From: Perkinsus olseni
Lineage: Eukaryota
Direction of reading: 5' to 3'
DNA: 51,747 bases
Assembly (NCBI GenBank): GCA_013115125.1
Contig: JABANN010000220.1
Coordinates: 1-51,747 of the forward strand
The position numbers were made by a program, and so were the translations under genes. The notes beneath the pieces are model-generated. The model was given only the letters and a program-made list of their open reading frames with translations. It ran no database searches and was not told where the DNA came from. Within the stretch, counting starts at the first letter, position 1; every line of letters begins with the position of its first letter. Shown here in pieces: positions 36,112-47,942 of the stretch.

Positions 36112-36734
36112 TCATGATAGTTGTCCACAATCGGCAATTACTACAACTTGTGAAGTCGCTCCGCTAGAGGACCCAACACTCTCCATCTTCCTCACAACAT
36201 CCATGCCATCAGTTACCTGGAAAATGAGGTAACCCTCTAATATACTCGAAGAGGGCATATACGCACCTTCCCGAACACCACATGCTTGCCATCGAGCCAG
36301 GAGGTCTTCTCAGTGCAGATGAAGAATTGACTTCCATTCGTATTGGGACCAGAATTAGCCATGGACAGTATCCCTGGTCCAGTGTGCTTCAGCTGGAAGT
36401 TCTCATCCTTGAACTTAGCCCCGTAGATGGACTCACCGCCAGTCCCGTTACCTGGGAGAGAGGGCGCGTTACTACGGAGCAGCTCAGAGCGGCAGTCGAT
36501 CTTACCGTTGGTGAAGTCGCCTCCTTGGCACATGAACTTCGGAATGATACGATGAAAGCTGCTGCCTTTGAAGTGAAGTGCCTTGCCTGACTTGCCAACA
36601 CCTCTCTCACCAGTGCATAGACAACGGAAGTTCTCTGCTGTATCGGGAACAACATCCGCAGCGAGCTCGAAGGTCACGCGGCCGACGGGAGAACCGCCGA
36701 TGGTGATGTCGAAGAAAACGGTGGGGTTGGGCAT
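36112..36734 (-). CDS. Cytosolic cyclophilin (CypA-type PPIase), two introns
   Basis: [61 protein letters not shown] / [16 protein letters not shown]. Confidence 0.97.
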
Positions 36735-38149
36735 GGTGAGAGTGAGCGAACAAGTTGTGTCAGCTACCTCGGTCGCAGAAATCGCATTAAATCAGGCAAG
36801 CATACCTTAGGTCAAATCGTAGGGGCGATCCAGAGAGCAGGACTTGGCTACGAAGCCCGGGTTTGAGTCTAAGACATGAACGCACCGCACCAGGAGGATG
36901 CGTGCTGACGGTTTCATCTCGACAACCGTTTCTCGGATCTTATCTTAAGAGAGCAAGTGACCATAGCAGTAGTGACTGAGTCGCAATGAATAGCTCAACT
37001 CTGCCATCTGATTCCGCTGAGAAGCACATTCAACAACATCCTGGCCCTCAGGCCCATCCTTCCGCACGCACGCACCGAGACGACCCAGCGACATGTCGAT
37101 AGCCGTTGAGTGTAGCGCATAACCATTATGGCGCTGTTTGCCTCGGATAATACGCTTTGCCGTCCTCAGGGAGTAACTTGAGAGCTATCCGTTCTCTTCC
37201 ACCTATAGCTCAGTATGCGGCTGCGAACGAACACGAGCGCTCCGAAGGTACATCGCATTTCGGCCTCGCCTAGGGCGAGTCGCCCTCCACAGCTATTGTG
37301 GACGATGGGCACGCGTGCGACTCGTCAGCAGCGATATCGATAGATCGTTTGATCGACAGAGCGCGTCTTCGTTGCCAACGAATCGTTGGCTGATCTTGCA
37401 AGCCGGTCCCTATGCATTTTAAGTTGCCGTTATTCTTGTAACCGTGGATAATTTAGTGCGGTGGAGGAGCCAGTCTCTCGAACTCAATGTACAACTTCGT
37501 GAAGTTTCGTCGACCCCATGACTGAGGATAAAAGAAACCACTACGTGGTGCCTTATGCTGCTTTCTCCTTACTGTACGGGATGAGCTCGTGATAGGTGTC
37601 ATCCACGAAGCGCAACGGTCGGCCAATTCCGGCAACCAAACGTGAAGATCTTTGATTTTTCAATGAGCAGGACAAGACCCGTCAATCGTGGAGCATGAGT
37701 GCCGGCCAACAAGAAACACGCGGAGGGCTCGGTCAGCCGGGGTAACCCACCTGATCCAGTATAGTTTCGTCCAGCGCTCAACTGATCCAATATGAGTTCG
37801 TCCAGTTTCAGGCGGCCCAGTGCCACTTCGTCCATCTCATTTCATTCATAAAAGCCGCCCATAAAATCAGATTTCGTTTCATCCAGTCACTTTTTCCATC
37901 AATTTCTTTTTATCTCATATCGCCCACAGAACCTTTTAATTCGGGATCAAAGATGCCGCGTTCGGTAGCTGGCGTGTTAGGTTAACCAGGAATTTTTCTT
38001 CCCGCCCACCCGAGCGATGTGCATCAGAGTCCCGCCCCTCCCGAGAGTACGATGTGCCTGCTGAGCACATCGTGCTATAGCAGGCTGAGTTTACTACCGT
38101 TTTTCCTGCCTCAGCGCCCGCTCATACGCATGCGCAATGCGCATAGCTC

Positions 38150-39220
38150 GTAACCTCCTCAGCTTAGTCTCTAACCTCACACAAGCCGTGCTATGATAGA
38201 TCTTCTATCCGTCATTGACCTTGGTCTATGAGTCATAGACTTTGACAGGACCTCCATACAACGAGCGCTGCTCGTCGAAAGGCATACCGTCCCTGGTTTC
38301 GCCGAGGAGGAACCGCAGCACCATCGTGGTGGTTAGACCACATCCTCGCTGCCAATGTGCGTGCATGCACGTGAACTCCGGCTCAATATGAGCTTGCGGA
38401 CGAACACGGGCGCTTCTCAAGTGCTCGCTTACGGAGACGAAGCCGACTAAACCGTCATGAATAGTCGTTTTCATGCCACGCTCTACCGGGCCCTCCCCGG
38501 TACTCGGAATGTAACATCACTGAAACATGAGGTTCACCTCATCTCCAGGTCCAGAAGTTCAAGACCCCTCCAGGCAGGCTGGAGGGGCCCTGAACTTCTA
38601 GTTGGCGTGGAGGGACGGCGCAATATTATAATGGGACAGAGGACTTTAGACGACATTAGTGACTTCAAGTCACTGATTTGTCACGCACACTACCGCCCAC
38701 CTGACAGTAACCGGTGTTGTGATCCGAGAACTTCTCCTACCAGTCGCATAGTCCTCTCCTCTCAGCCTCACATCCGACCCTTTGCCCAAACTCGCTAGCT
38801 TCTAGGCGCGCTTTGTCAGCACGTGCCCAACCTCACACAAGCCGTTTTATGATTGCATTTCTGCTCACATGCATCGATGCACGCATGCACAGCGACGACC
38901 CATTGCCATCTCGTTAGCCGACGAGTGAAGGTTATAACCAGTGTATCGCTGGAGGAATATTCTGCCGTCATCAGCAAGAATCAGAAAGTTATGTGTTTTC
39001 AGTAAGCTCTGGCCCGAAAGGAGCTCCCGGTCGAGCACGGACGCTTCAGGCTCCGAAGTCCTGGGGTGTAACACCCCGGGTGTTTGTTTACGGGGACGAG
39101 GTCGGGGAAACCGCCTGCAATAGTCGTTTTCGAGCCGGCCTACCAGACCCTCCCCTCAATAATGGCAGTATAACATAGCTGGGACACATAATGATGATCG
39201 ATCATCACAAGGTTGAGACT
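38150..39220 (+). repeat. Degenerate tandem duplication with a period of ~657 bp (possible decayed gene pair)
   Basis: AACCTCACACAAGCCGT..TATGAT occurs at 38173 and 38829. GGACGA..AAACCG..AATAGTCGTTTTC..CTACC..CCCTCCCC occurs around 38432-38497 and 39091-39155. Confidence 0.75.
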
Positions 39221-39438
39221 CCCCATCAGAGAACACCTCAACTTCATCTCTTCTTCGCTCCTCATTGGAGACAACGGCCGCGCGTTCCTGTGACATCGAT
39301 CCCGCTAATAGCCGGCAATTCGTCGCGCAGAGTCCTCGGGGATGTGCAATCGCGGAGTGATTGTCTCGTCTGGGCTGTAAGTAAAGAAACTTCTCAGCTT
39401 TAACTCTGATCTCTGTTTAAAATCGTTCCTTCCTGTAA

Positions 39439-41106
39439 ATGCTCCATAATATGTTCCTTCTACTCGTCCCCTTCATAGGGACAATGTATGGCGTTGATGC
39501 CCTCCAGGCGACCAACGCTCGTTTCACGGCTACCACCACCAAGTATTGTAACAAGGACCTCCTGGATTCCAATGGCAACCCCGCACCCTGCGGGATATCC
39601 ATGGCTAGAGAAACCTACGGCCTGACTCTACCCGGTATGGAAGACGGTAGCCTCACCACGAGACAAGATGTGATTGCCACTAAGGAGGGTCAAGTGACTA
39701 TTGAGGCTTCCCCAAGCCGCCCCTATCAGTACATGATGTATGTTGAGACCCCTGAACTCCGAAAGGTCGATCAGATATTCATGAACACGGCCCGTACTGT
39801 CCTCGAGGAGACTCATGGTACCGAGCGAATGCTCGCTGTGGCAACTCAGAACTCCCAAAGCCTCGAAGAGGACGGCTGGATCAATGAAGGCGCCGAGTCA
39901 GTCGACGGCGGATCTTACACTAAGTGGGTTCTTCACGGTCCCGAAGGGGTAAATCCCAAAGACGGTACCAATTACACCGCTCTCTATGAGACTGGTCTCC
40001 AGCCCGATACCTGGGTGCTCTATACTGACGAGTCTGCTAACAAGCCTCATAAGCTCCTTGCCATCAACACACACAAGAACGGCAAGGTCTTCCAAGAGAC
40101 TACTATTGATAGCTGGGAATCTCTCGGTGATGAGGTCGGTGTTCAGCACGCCACCAATGAGATGTTTTCGACTTACAATGTCGATTCCTCTCGTTTGCTC
40201 TCGACTGGCGATATGAAGGTGCCCTTCGTCGACTCTGCTTATCTCACCGTTGACTACATCCCCGAAAGCGCTCGCGCTTTCTTCGAGGACGGAGAAGACT
40301 ACGACTGGATGCCCGAGCATCGCAGTCTCAGACAGGGTGCCGGCTTTAAGGGTATTCAGTACTTCACCATCGAGAAGGGGTCCGCTGCCGATTCGTTCTT
40401 CCGCGCCAACACAATGAGGGAGCTCATCCAGATCGCTAAGTTCGAGTTCCCCAAGAGCTGCAAGGATAAGGACGGCAAGCAGATCCCTGGGAAGTATTGC
40501 CTTTACGTCCAACTGGATGTAACGACGGATCCATCGGTCTCACTCGAGGCTGGCATGACCTTCGTGGATGTGAACAACCCGGACATAACAGCTCATTTGA
40601 AGTTGGCCGTCAGCCTCAAGGATACCGACGGTTCTGCCGTCCTTGACCTGTCCTTCGAAGCCGGTGGATGTGCTGTTGTCTTCCAAGTCGGCGAAGGCTT
40701 CAGCCTCTCTATCAACGTGTGCATCACGGGTAAGGCTTCAGGCGAAAACCTGTTGCAGCCCGACAAGCGCACGTTCTCCGGTTCGGTCGAGCTCACAGTG
40801 AGCTTCAACGTTAATGTGCCAGTCGCTGGTAGCATCATCCACTGGGCCATAACTGCTAAACTGGGCGTCACTGCCAAGCCTCAGAATGACATCTCGGCCT
40901 ACGGTAGCCTGGGAACCGATGTTTCGCTATGGATTGCTGGCGCTGCTGTATCGATCGACATCAAGGGTAACACCGTAAGCCATATGGCAAACAGGTGGGA
41001 GTTCGTCTCCGGAGTCAACTTCAACGCCTGGGTCAAGGTCTTGTTCTGGGGTACATCTTGGAGCCATCGTTGGGAGATCTGGCACGCTGGCCCCGTTACA
41101 TTCTAA
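39439..41106 (+). CDS. Intronless 555 aa predicted secreted protein of unknown family
   Basis: Long ORF with strong C-ending codon bias and a hydrophobic N-terminal signal (MFLLLVPFIGTMYGVDA). The C-terminal third is rich in beta-strand-like sequence. Confidence 0.92.
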   Translation: MLHNMFLLLVPFIGTMYGVDALQATNARFTATTTKYCNKDLLDSNGNPAPCGISMARETYGLTLPGMEDGSLTTRQDVIATKEGQVTIEASPSRPYQYMMYVETPELRKVDQIFMNTARTVLEETHGTERMLAVATQNSQSLEEDGWINEGAESVDGGSYTKWVLHGPEGVNPKDGTNYTALYETGLQPDTWVLYTDESANKPHKLLAINTHKNGKVFQETTIDSWESLGDEVGVQHATNEMFSTYNVDSSRLLSTGDMKVPFVDSAYLTVDYIPESARAFFEDGEDYDWMPEHRSLRQGAGFKGIQYFTIEKGSAADSFFRANTMRELIQIAKFEFPKSCKDKDGKQIPGKYCLYVQLDVTTDPSVSLEAGMTFVDVNNPDITAHLKLAVSLKDTDGSAVLDLSFEAGGCAVVFQVGEGFSLSINVCITGKASGENLLQPDKRTFSGSVELTVSFNVNVPVAGSIIHWAITAKLGVTAKPQNDISAYGSLGTDVSLWIAGAAVSIDIKGNTVSHMANRWEFVSGVNFNAWVKVLFWGTSWSHRWEIWHAGPVTF

Positions 41107-42860
41107 GTTCCTATTATTATTAATATAGCGTGGATACATGAGTCCACTTGGCGCCAACAGGCTGCCATAAACGTTGGTATTGATATCGGGCCGTGCAGTC
41201 CCCTCAACGTATTGTATGATAATCAGTGTTTCTCTCATTCTGTTATTTTGTCTCCTTCTTGGCCGAGTGAGGGCGTCGAAGCCTTCGACTACTTATTATC
41301 AACTGTTCGACGATATACGTTTTAGTACCACTCATTCCTCGAGTGTCGAACTTATCATCATCAAGGACAGCAACCCCACTTAGTATTGGTTAGGACTTAC
41401 GACGCTGCTGTCCCCCCTACTGTACAGAAGAATCTCGTGATAAATGTGATTCACGATCCACAACGGTTAGCCCCATTCCGGCAACAAGATAGAAGTATCT
41501 TTGGTTCACCAGTGGGAGGGGTTGAATCTCTCGTTTGTATACTCGAGGGTTTTGTATTCAAACTTTTCGATGAAGAGTCGCACCAAGCATTGAGCACTTG
41601 GTGATGTAACACTAAGTATGATACCTTGATACTGGCACATCATAGAATACAATGGAAACGAATAATTCCCGTCGCGGAGTAGGACTCCTCTGGATAGCAT
41701 GCTGCTGTCCTTGAACTCGAAGGAATGAACGCAATCAAGATATGATTGTGGGAAAGACTTATCTTGTACAGAAAAATTAATGTTGGGTTCCACTAGCGCT
41801 AAGCTGTAGATACCAAATCCTTATCACAAACTGGTCACAAACTGATTAGGCGGGAGTAGCGGCGGAATCTCCAACAGAGATCTCAATAACAAATTAGGCA
41901 GATGACGAAGGATCGGTGGCGGCACGTGAGATATTATGCCGTGAAGTAATACCTCGAGTGCCCACGCTCGCACGCAGCCCATGCATCGGGCGAGATGATG
42001 TGACCAGCCGTGTAGTGGTTGTTGATTGCCACGACTCGTACTGAGTTATTGAGGGCACTCAATCTTCAATCTAACTTTATAAGTATAGGTAATATAACTT
42101 ACATCAGCACTACGCTGAGGTAGTAGCTCGAGAGATACCCACAAGTAGACGTGATCACAATCTCATCACAGCCGTAAGTGTCAACGAATCAATGCCGATG
42201 CAACGGTTAACCGTGTCACTGCAGGCAACGAGCCTAGTGTTATCATGGATCGCTTATGCATGCTGTTGGAGTTGGAGGAGACTCCGATAGGAAGAGCGGA
42301 TGGTTGAGTACTGGTACACTGCGCCGCAAATTCGAGGAATCTTTTTTCTCGAGTGGTTCAGTGGTTCGAGTGGTCCGACCATCATTGTCGTTCGAAAGCG
42401 AAGTTGCAGCACTTCTCATCATGATGCTCGACGGCATAGCCATAAGCATAGATTGGGAATGGGAGCACGCTTCGGAGGTCTACCAGGCTCAGGAGAATCA
42501 GATAGTAGCCGCAGTGTGGCGTTAGAACCGAACCGGTACAACTCGGAGTTCAGGTCTCAAACGAAGCCCATTCCTGACGTAGCGAAGTCTCCAGTTACGA
42601 CTGGTATACTTCAATAAGCGGTTGGGCGCCTACTCTTTCCCAGACGCTACCCGTGCATTGATTAGTGTTTCAGAATTTCGGCGAAGAGCGGTAGCCTGTG
42701 GGACGTACTCGGTAACGTAACAGGAAGTGAAGTACTCTGATACTCGCACAACATAGCATAGAATAAAAGTGAGCCTCTCGCATAGGAGTGGTGGACAAGG
42801 ACTCTTGTTGTCTCGGCTGAATGCATCCCGAGCGGCATACCCTTAGCATGACAGCAAGTG

Positions 42861-45800
42861 TCAGTTTACAGTACGTGAGAAATGACGGTCGTGGTGGTCA
42901 GACAGCACCGATGAGGAAGGGCTCGGGCTGCCGAGATTAGGCGGGAGTAGCGGTCGAGTCTCCAACAGAGATACCGAGGACGCTTTATGTGGATCGTGGG
43001 GGATCGGCAGCGGTCGGGCTGATGGCAGCCCGTGGATAACATAATTGCCCTCAGCCATCAACGTACCTCTATTCGTGTCAGCTCCAGTGGGGTCCCCTCG
43101 ACGCTCTGCTGAATAGGTTATCGACGACTCACGCGCATGAACTGACATCTTCGGTTTCGGAAGTGCCTAGCCTTAGATGAAGCTAGTGCATCGAGCTTCA
43201 CTTACCGATGTGATGCGACCAGCGGCAGGCCTCTCTGCTGTCGGATCCTCTCCGGATTCAACAAGTACCTGACGCTACTAGCGTTGCACGAAGCACCGAG
43301 ACGACATCGTGAGCTCACTGACGGCCGAGCATCCCCCACAGCCGCTTGGGCACCGTAAGAGTCATCTCTCCGTTGTAGTGCCGCTCGCATTCTTTCCTTC
43401 TCAGCCGTCAATCGGCGTACCTTCGTACCGAATGGCCAGCATTGACTACTTCCTCTGTATGCTATCAACCTGGTCCAAGAGGCGCTCAAGCTGGCGTCTC
43501 TCCGTCGACAGCTGATCCGTCAGCTCAGCCACCCGAGCAGCCTCAGCGTTGTAGTCTTCGAGGGACATCGTGACCATCCGTCGGGCCTGCAACCCAAGCA
43601 GTCACCACTTCAACAATGATGTCCTACATAGTCGATGACATGCCGCTGGCTCCGGCCGAGGCTGGCCACAGTGGAAACCCTGTCCCCAAAGACTTCTCCA
43701 TACTCTGGCACCTCCACAGCCAAGCCCATCAACTCCAACCACGCCCTGACGTTGTCTCACACGCTTTTCAGCTTGTCCCTTGGCCAGCATATTTTCGGTA
43801 TTAATCTGATCTAGCTTTTCCACTGTAGATTGGAGCCTATCACACTCCTCTTGCAGGCCATGATGCTGTAGTGTTAGGAACTGTCTGAAAGCCATCAGCT
43901 CCGCACCCTTCCCCCCATCACCCGCGATAAGTCCACCTCTGTGATGACTCTTGCTCAACTGCTGCCTTCAAGATTCCCATCTGTTCCGTAGCCGAGGACA
44001 GCTTCTCATTGGCTTCTTCCAGCTCGTATGACAGCTCGTCGCGCTCGATTATCACGGAGGCCAGCTCGGCCGACTTTCTGTCTACCTAAAAGATGATACG
44101 AGCAACGCCCTGTAACTACGGCACTCCTCACACGTTGGCACAGACTGGACAACTCTAGCTTCAGATCCTTCACCCTCCGTCGGAGTTCCTCCACTTGCCG
44201 CCGAGTTCTACGAGACAGCCAGAGAGGTCGTTTCTCCCAACAAGCCACCCAATAGGGAAACAAGGACTCGTACGGCAAGGGTTGAATCGACTAGACCGGT
44301 CACAGACCCACACTTCCACTTCCTTCTCAGCAGCCTCCGCCCTAGACTCTAGCCTCTGACACCTCTCCTCCGCGCTGCGCAGAGCCGCTGAGGCCTCATG
44401 CAGCTCCTGGTCCTTTCCTCGTAACTACACTTACCACCTTCCCGATAAGTTTCCCAACAGTACCACCATCAACTCACCAACTTGCGTGTTTCGATGAGCT
44501 GCTCTCTCCGCTTACTAAGCTCCATCTCCGCTTTCACTGCGAAGCTTTGATCGCGGATTGACTGGTGCTGCAAGGACTCCGTACTAGCACTCGACCTGAT
44601 GGGCGCTCTCCGGAGCTGCATCTCAGGAGCCCCGGAGGCCTCACAGTCGTTTTTCCTCTTTGGCCGTGTCAAGTAGCACTTCTAACTCTGATACCTTCCC
44701 TCTCTCTATTCTCAGCGTATCTTGGAGCTGCCGAACTCTGCCAGCTTCAACCTTGGCAGCGGCAGTAGCGGTTTCGAGTTCCTTTTCGCCACGAGTGTTA
44801 AGGTACTCCAACTCAGCAATCTGACGGCGACGCTAAGAGGCAGCAACAACGAATGACGGACCCTTTTTTTCAAAACACGGGTCTCTCCTTCGACCGCCCT
44901 CCCTTGTCCGCCGGCTGCGAGCCGGCGGCTATTCCTCCTTTCTTCTTCCAATTCGTCAGTCAGTCGATCCACCTGAGGGACGCCCTAGTCACAATTAGCG
45001 ATCATCAGAGGTGGTTCGAGGAACCTCCGTCGATAAGGATGCCAACTCGGCTTCCATCACCCCAACCTTCTCACTGCCAATCCGCAGCAGCTCCACTTCA
45101 GCCTGTAGATCGGCGCACCTGCCGCATCGATCGCTCTCGTGAAGCCCTGACTTCAGGACCCACCGAGCCTCAGCTGCTTCCAACCGATTCCTCGTGAACT
45201 CCCTCTCGGCTATCAGGCTGATATCTGGCCGTGACATTCCGTGAGGTTAGAAGGGTTATCGACTAGTGACTATTGCCCGTATTAGGAAGCGAGTCTCAGT
45301 CCCCTACGCCTATCACCCATCAGCGCGTAACAAACTTCACGAGGAAGTCGGCAGAGACGCTCACCCTCGGCCTCCCTCTCCGCCCCCTTTCGTTGTCCTC
45401 GTGATCGTCCCCTCTCCTTCACTGCTATCGCCAGGTCCTCTTCCAACAGCTTCGCCTGACGCACGCCTCCCACCACGAGATTATCGAACCCCATCTCTCA
45501 GCTCCTTACCTGGGCTTGCAACCGAAGATTCTCTTGCTTCACGTCGGTCAGCTCTTTTGCCTCGCAAACTGCCTGGTGGCTACCTGAGCCTTCCACATTG
45601 TCAACGGAAACGGTGGAAAATTGGTCGAAGGAGACCTCACTCTCGAGTGCGTTTCGTCTGGAAGTACCCTCCATCGCCTGCCTCGACCGCCGACCCTCCT
45701 CCACCTCCGCCTGCAGTCGACTGGTCTGTCGTGTGAGCTCATCAGTAGCCCCAGCGGCCCGTGACGTTACTGCAGGAGGAGGGAAGGATGCAGAGCGAGC

Positions 45801-46384
45801 GATTATAGAGGCCTACTACCGAGGGAGCCCCCGTGCTCTACAACAGAGGAGGTATCTGACAAGGCATTTCGTCAGACCGCGTTTGGGGTGGCCCCTTTGA
45901 TGAGGCTTGCCTCACCCTCATGCTGCCCCGCGGCAGGAAGTTCTATGGTACTGGCCGGCGAGGCACTGCTGCAATGCAGCTGCTGCTGCTGCTGTTGATG
46001 ATGTCCACTTTCTCCGAATACCCTTCTCCTCATCAACTCGAGCTTCTCTCGGGAACCCGTACCGCTCGACGCGTACTTAGTCTCCGACGAAGACGTTACC
46101 CTCTGGATGGAGGCCTGGACCTGCCCAGACGCACGACGAAGGCTTTTCCGCAGAGTACGGCCGAACACTGACTGGTGACGGCGTCCGGGCCCTGACGACA
46201 TCATCTCCTCCACCCGATCCGGAACAGTAGTTCACACCCATAGCGGGAAGGGTTGATGCTGGTGACACGACCTGCAGAGACACCGTTGAGGTACTGGCGG
46301 ATTCTGAAGAACCCTCCCACCTGTACGCCCCCTCCCTTCTCTTGATCATCAACCACGACCTCCAAAGGAGTTGGCCGCCGCCAT
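42861..46384 (-). CDS. Hypothetical long coiled-coil protein (multi-exon)
   Basis: Heptad-rich exons such as KELTDVKQENLRLQAQ, ADLQAEVELLRIGSEKVGVMEAELASL, DRLTDELEEERR and LQEECDRLQSTVEKLDQIN. N- and C-termini are low-complexity and boundaries approximate. Confidence 0.6.
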
Positions 46385-47324
46385 CTCAGCTCTGGTCCGG
46401 CTGAGGCGTCTTTGACAATCGAGAGTGTCGCGTTCGGGTTTCCTCTAAGGAAGCACTCGACGTCTGCTTCAACATATCCTCCGCGTTACGGTGGTGTTGT
46501 GTTTCTCTCCAACGACTGCTGTCCGGAAGATGACACGGAGACTAATAGCTAGTACGCTACGGACTGGACTTTCATTTCCGACACTCCTAGAGATAACCCC
46601 AATCGAGATGGATCATTGATAGTTGGTTACGCATCAACCTACTCGATTCTACGGATGACGTGTAGACCCGAGGCTACCAATGCCAGTATCGAGCCGAACC
46701 CGGGTGGTGTCAAGCGACGTCGCGAACAGCAAAGGTGTTCCAATAACCCAAGATGATGATGACGATGAGGAGCTGATCACCTCCACTTCCCTCCACCCCT
46801 CCCCTGCCTCGCCGATTTGTGAAGGACAATCTCAATATTCAACGTCCTGTCTTTTCCACCATTGCCAAGTCCATCCTGGGCGGCCGAGGCAGCAGTGGCC
46901 ATCGACAAAACAACAACAATAACCGACTTCTTTCGCATGAGCTCCTCATCGAACGCTCTGACCCTGCTTACACTGCGGCAGGCGAGGCTACATCTGGGGG
47001 TTGGGTTGACTCAATGGGTAGAGATGGTACACCATTAGCATGATGCCCTTTCAGTTATACTTCTGCCCGTTCATAGAAAGTTGGTATGAGCGCGTCTGGT
47101 CCAATAGTATTAATTGACTACTCAGCACCACAGCTGGATGTGATCACTTTTGTCTTCAAGTAGAGAAGCAAGTGATGGAGACCCCTTCTAACAACAACTG
47201 TGTCGTATTATGATAGTCTCGACTGCCGCTGCCGTCGCGTCGTCATCATCCTCGCAACGACAACAGCAGATTTACGAGATCCTGCACTGCAAGAATGCCT
47301 TTGGCATACAATTAATAAATAATC

Positions 47325-47942
47325 TTAATAAAGGACATCAACGCCGCTCCGCCTCATATCCCGCTCCGCAGCAGCACCCTCATCTCTGATGTGCTGTATC
47401 CTCGAACTCGGCCACGTCTCGAACTCTCCACTCCTCGACGTCTCCCTCTGCTTCTCGCCTCTCAGATAGCGTTCCCTCTCATCCAATGGCAGATACTGGC
47501 ACCTTTTCTCAGGCGACAGCCTTGCCCGATGCTCCTCCCTCGGAGACCTCTCACTCACACGCGTGACGTCCAAGGCTTCTTCGGTCTGTACCGCGCTATC
47601 CTCTAGCCGCGGCGGGAAGGCGGTGAAAATTTTCCCATCAGTCGAGGTAGTTTCATCTTTGGTATCATCAAATCGATCACCATGGCGCGCGCGATAACGC
47701 TTGTCTCTACAGCTTTTAATGAGACCTTTAAGGACGAGGCGCACCTCGTTGAAGGGAAGACTGTCAACTTCGAATTCTCGTTGCAGGAGGAGTTGGAAAT
47801 CATGAGTGGCGAAAATACACTCGGGGACGCCGACTTCACGCAGACGATCCGCGAACGACCAGGGCTGAAAGGAGATGAACCGTTCCGAACGGCATCGGCA
47901 TGGACGCTGTCGACAGCCGAAGACCGTGAGCAAGGTAGCCAT
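47325..47942 (-). CDS. Hypothetical 205 aa ORF
   Basis: Longest ORF in the region. No recognisable motif, and strand assignment is uncertain. Confidence 0.25.
   Translation of the reverse strand: MATLLTVFGCRQRPCRCRSERFISFQPWSFADRLREVGVPECIFATHDFQLLLQREFEVDSLPFNEVRLVLKGLIKSCRDKRYRARHGDRFDDTKDETTSTDGKIFTAFPPRLEDSAVQTEEALDVTRVSERSPREEHRARLSPEKRCQYLPLDERERYLRGEKQRETSRSGEFETWPSSRIQHIRDEGAAAERDMRRSGVDVLY

Noticed and set aside
41200-42800. Short ORFs on both strands between the secreted protein and the coiled-coil gene
   Set aside because: No motif or consistent exon chain could be supported.
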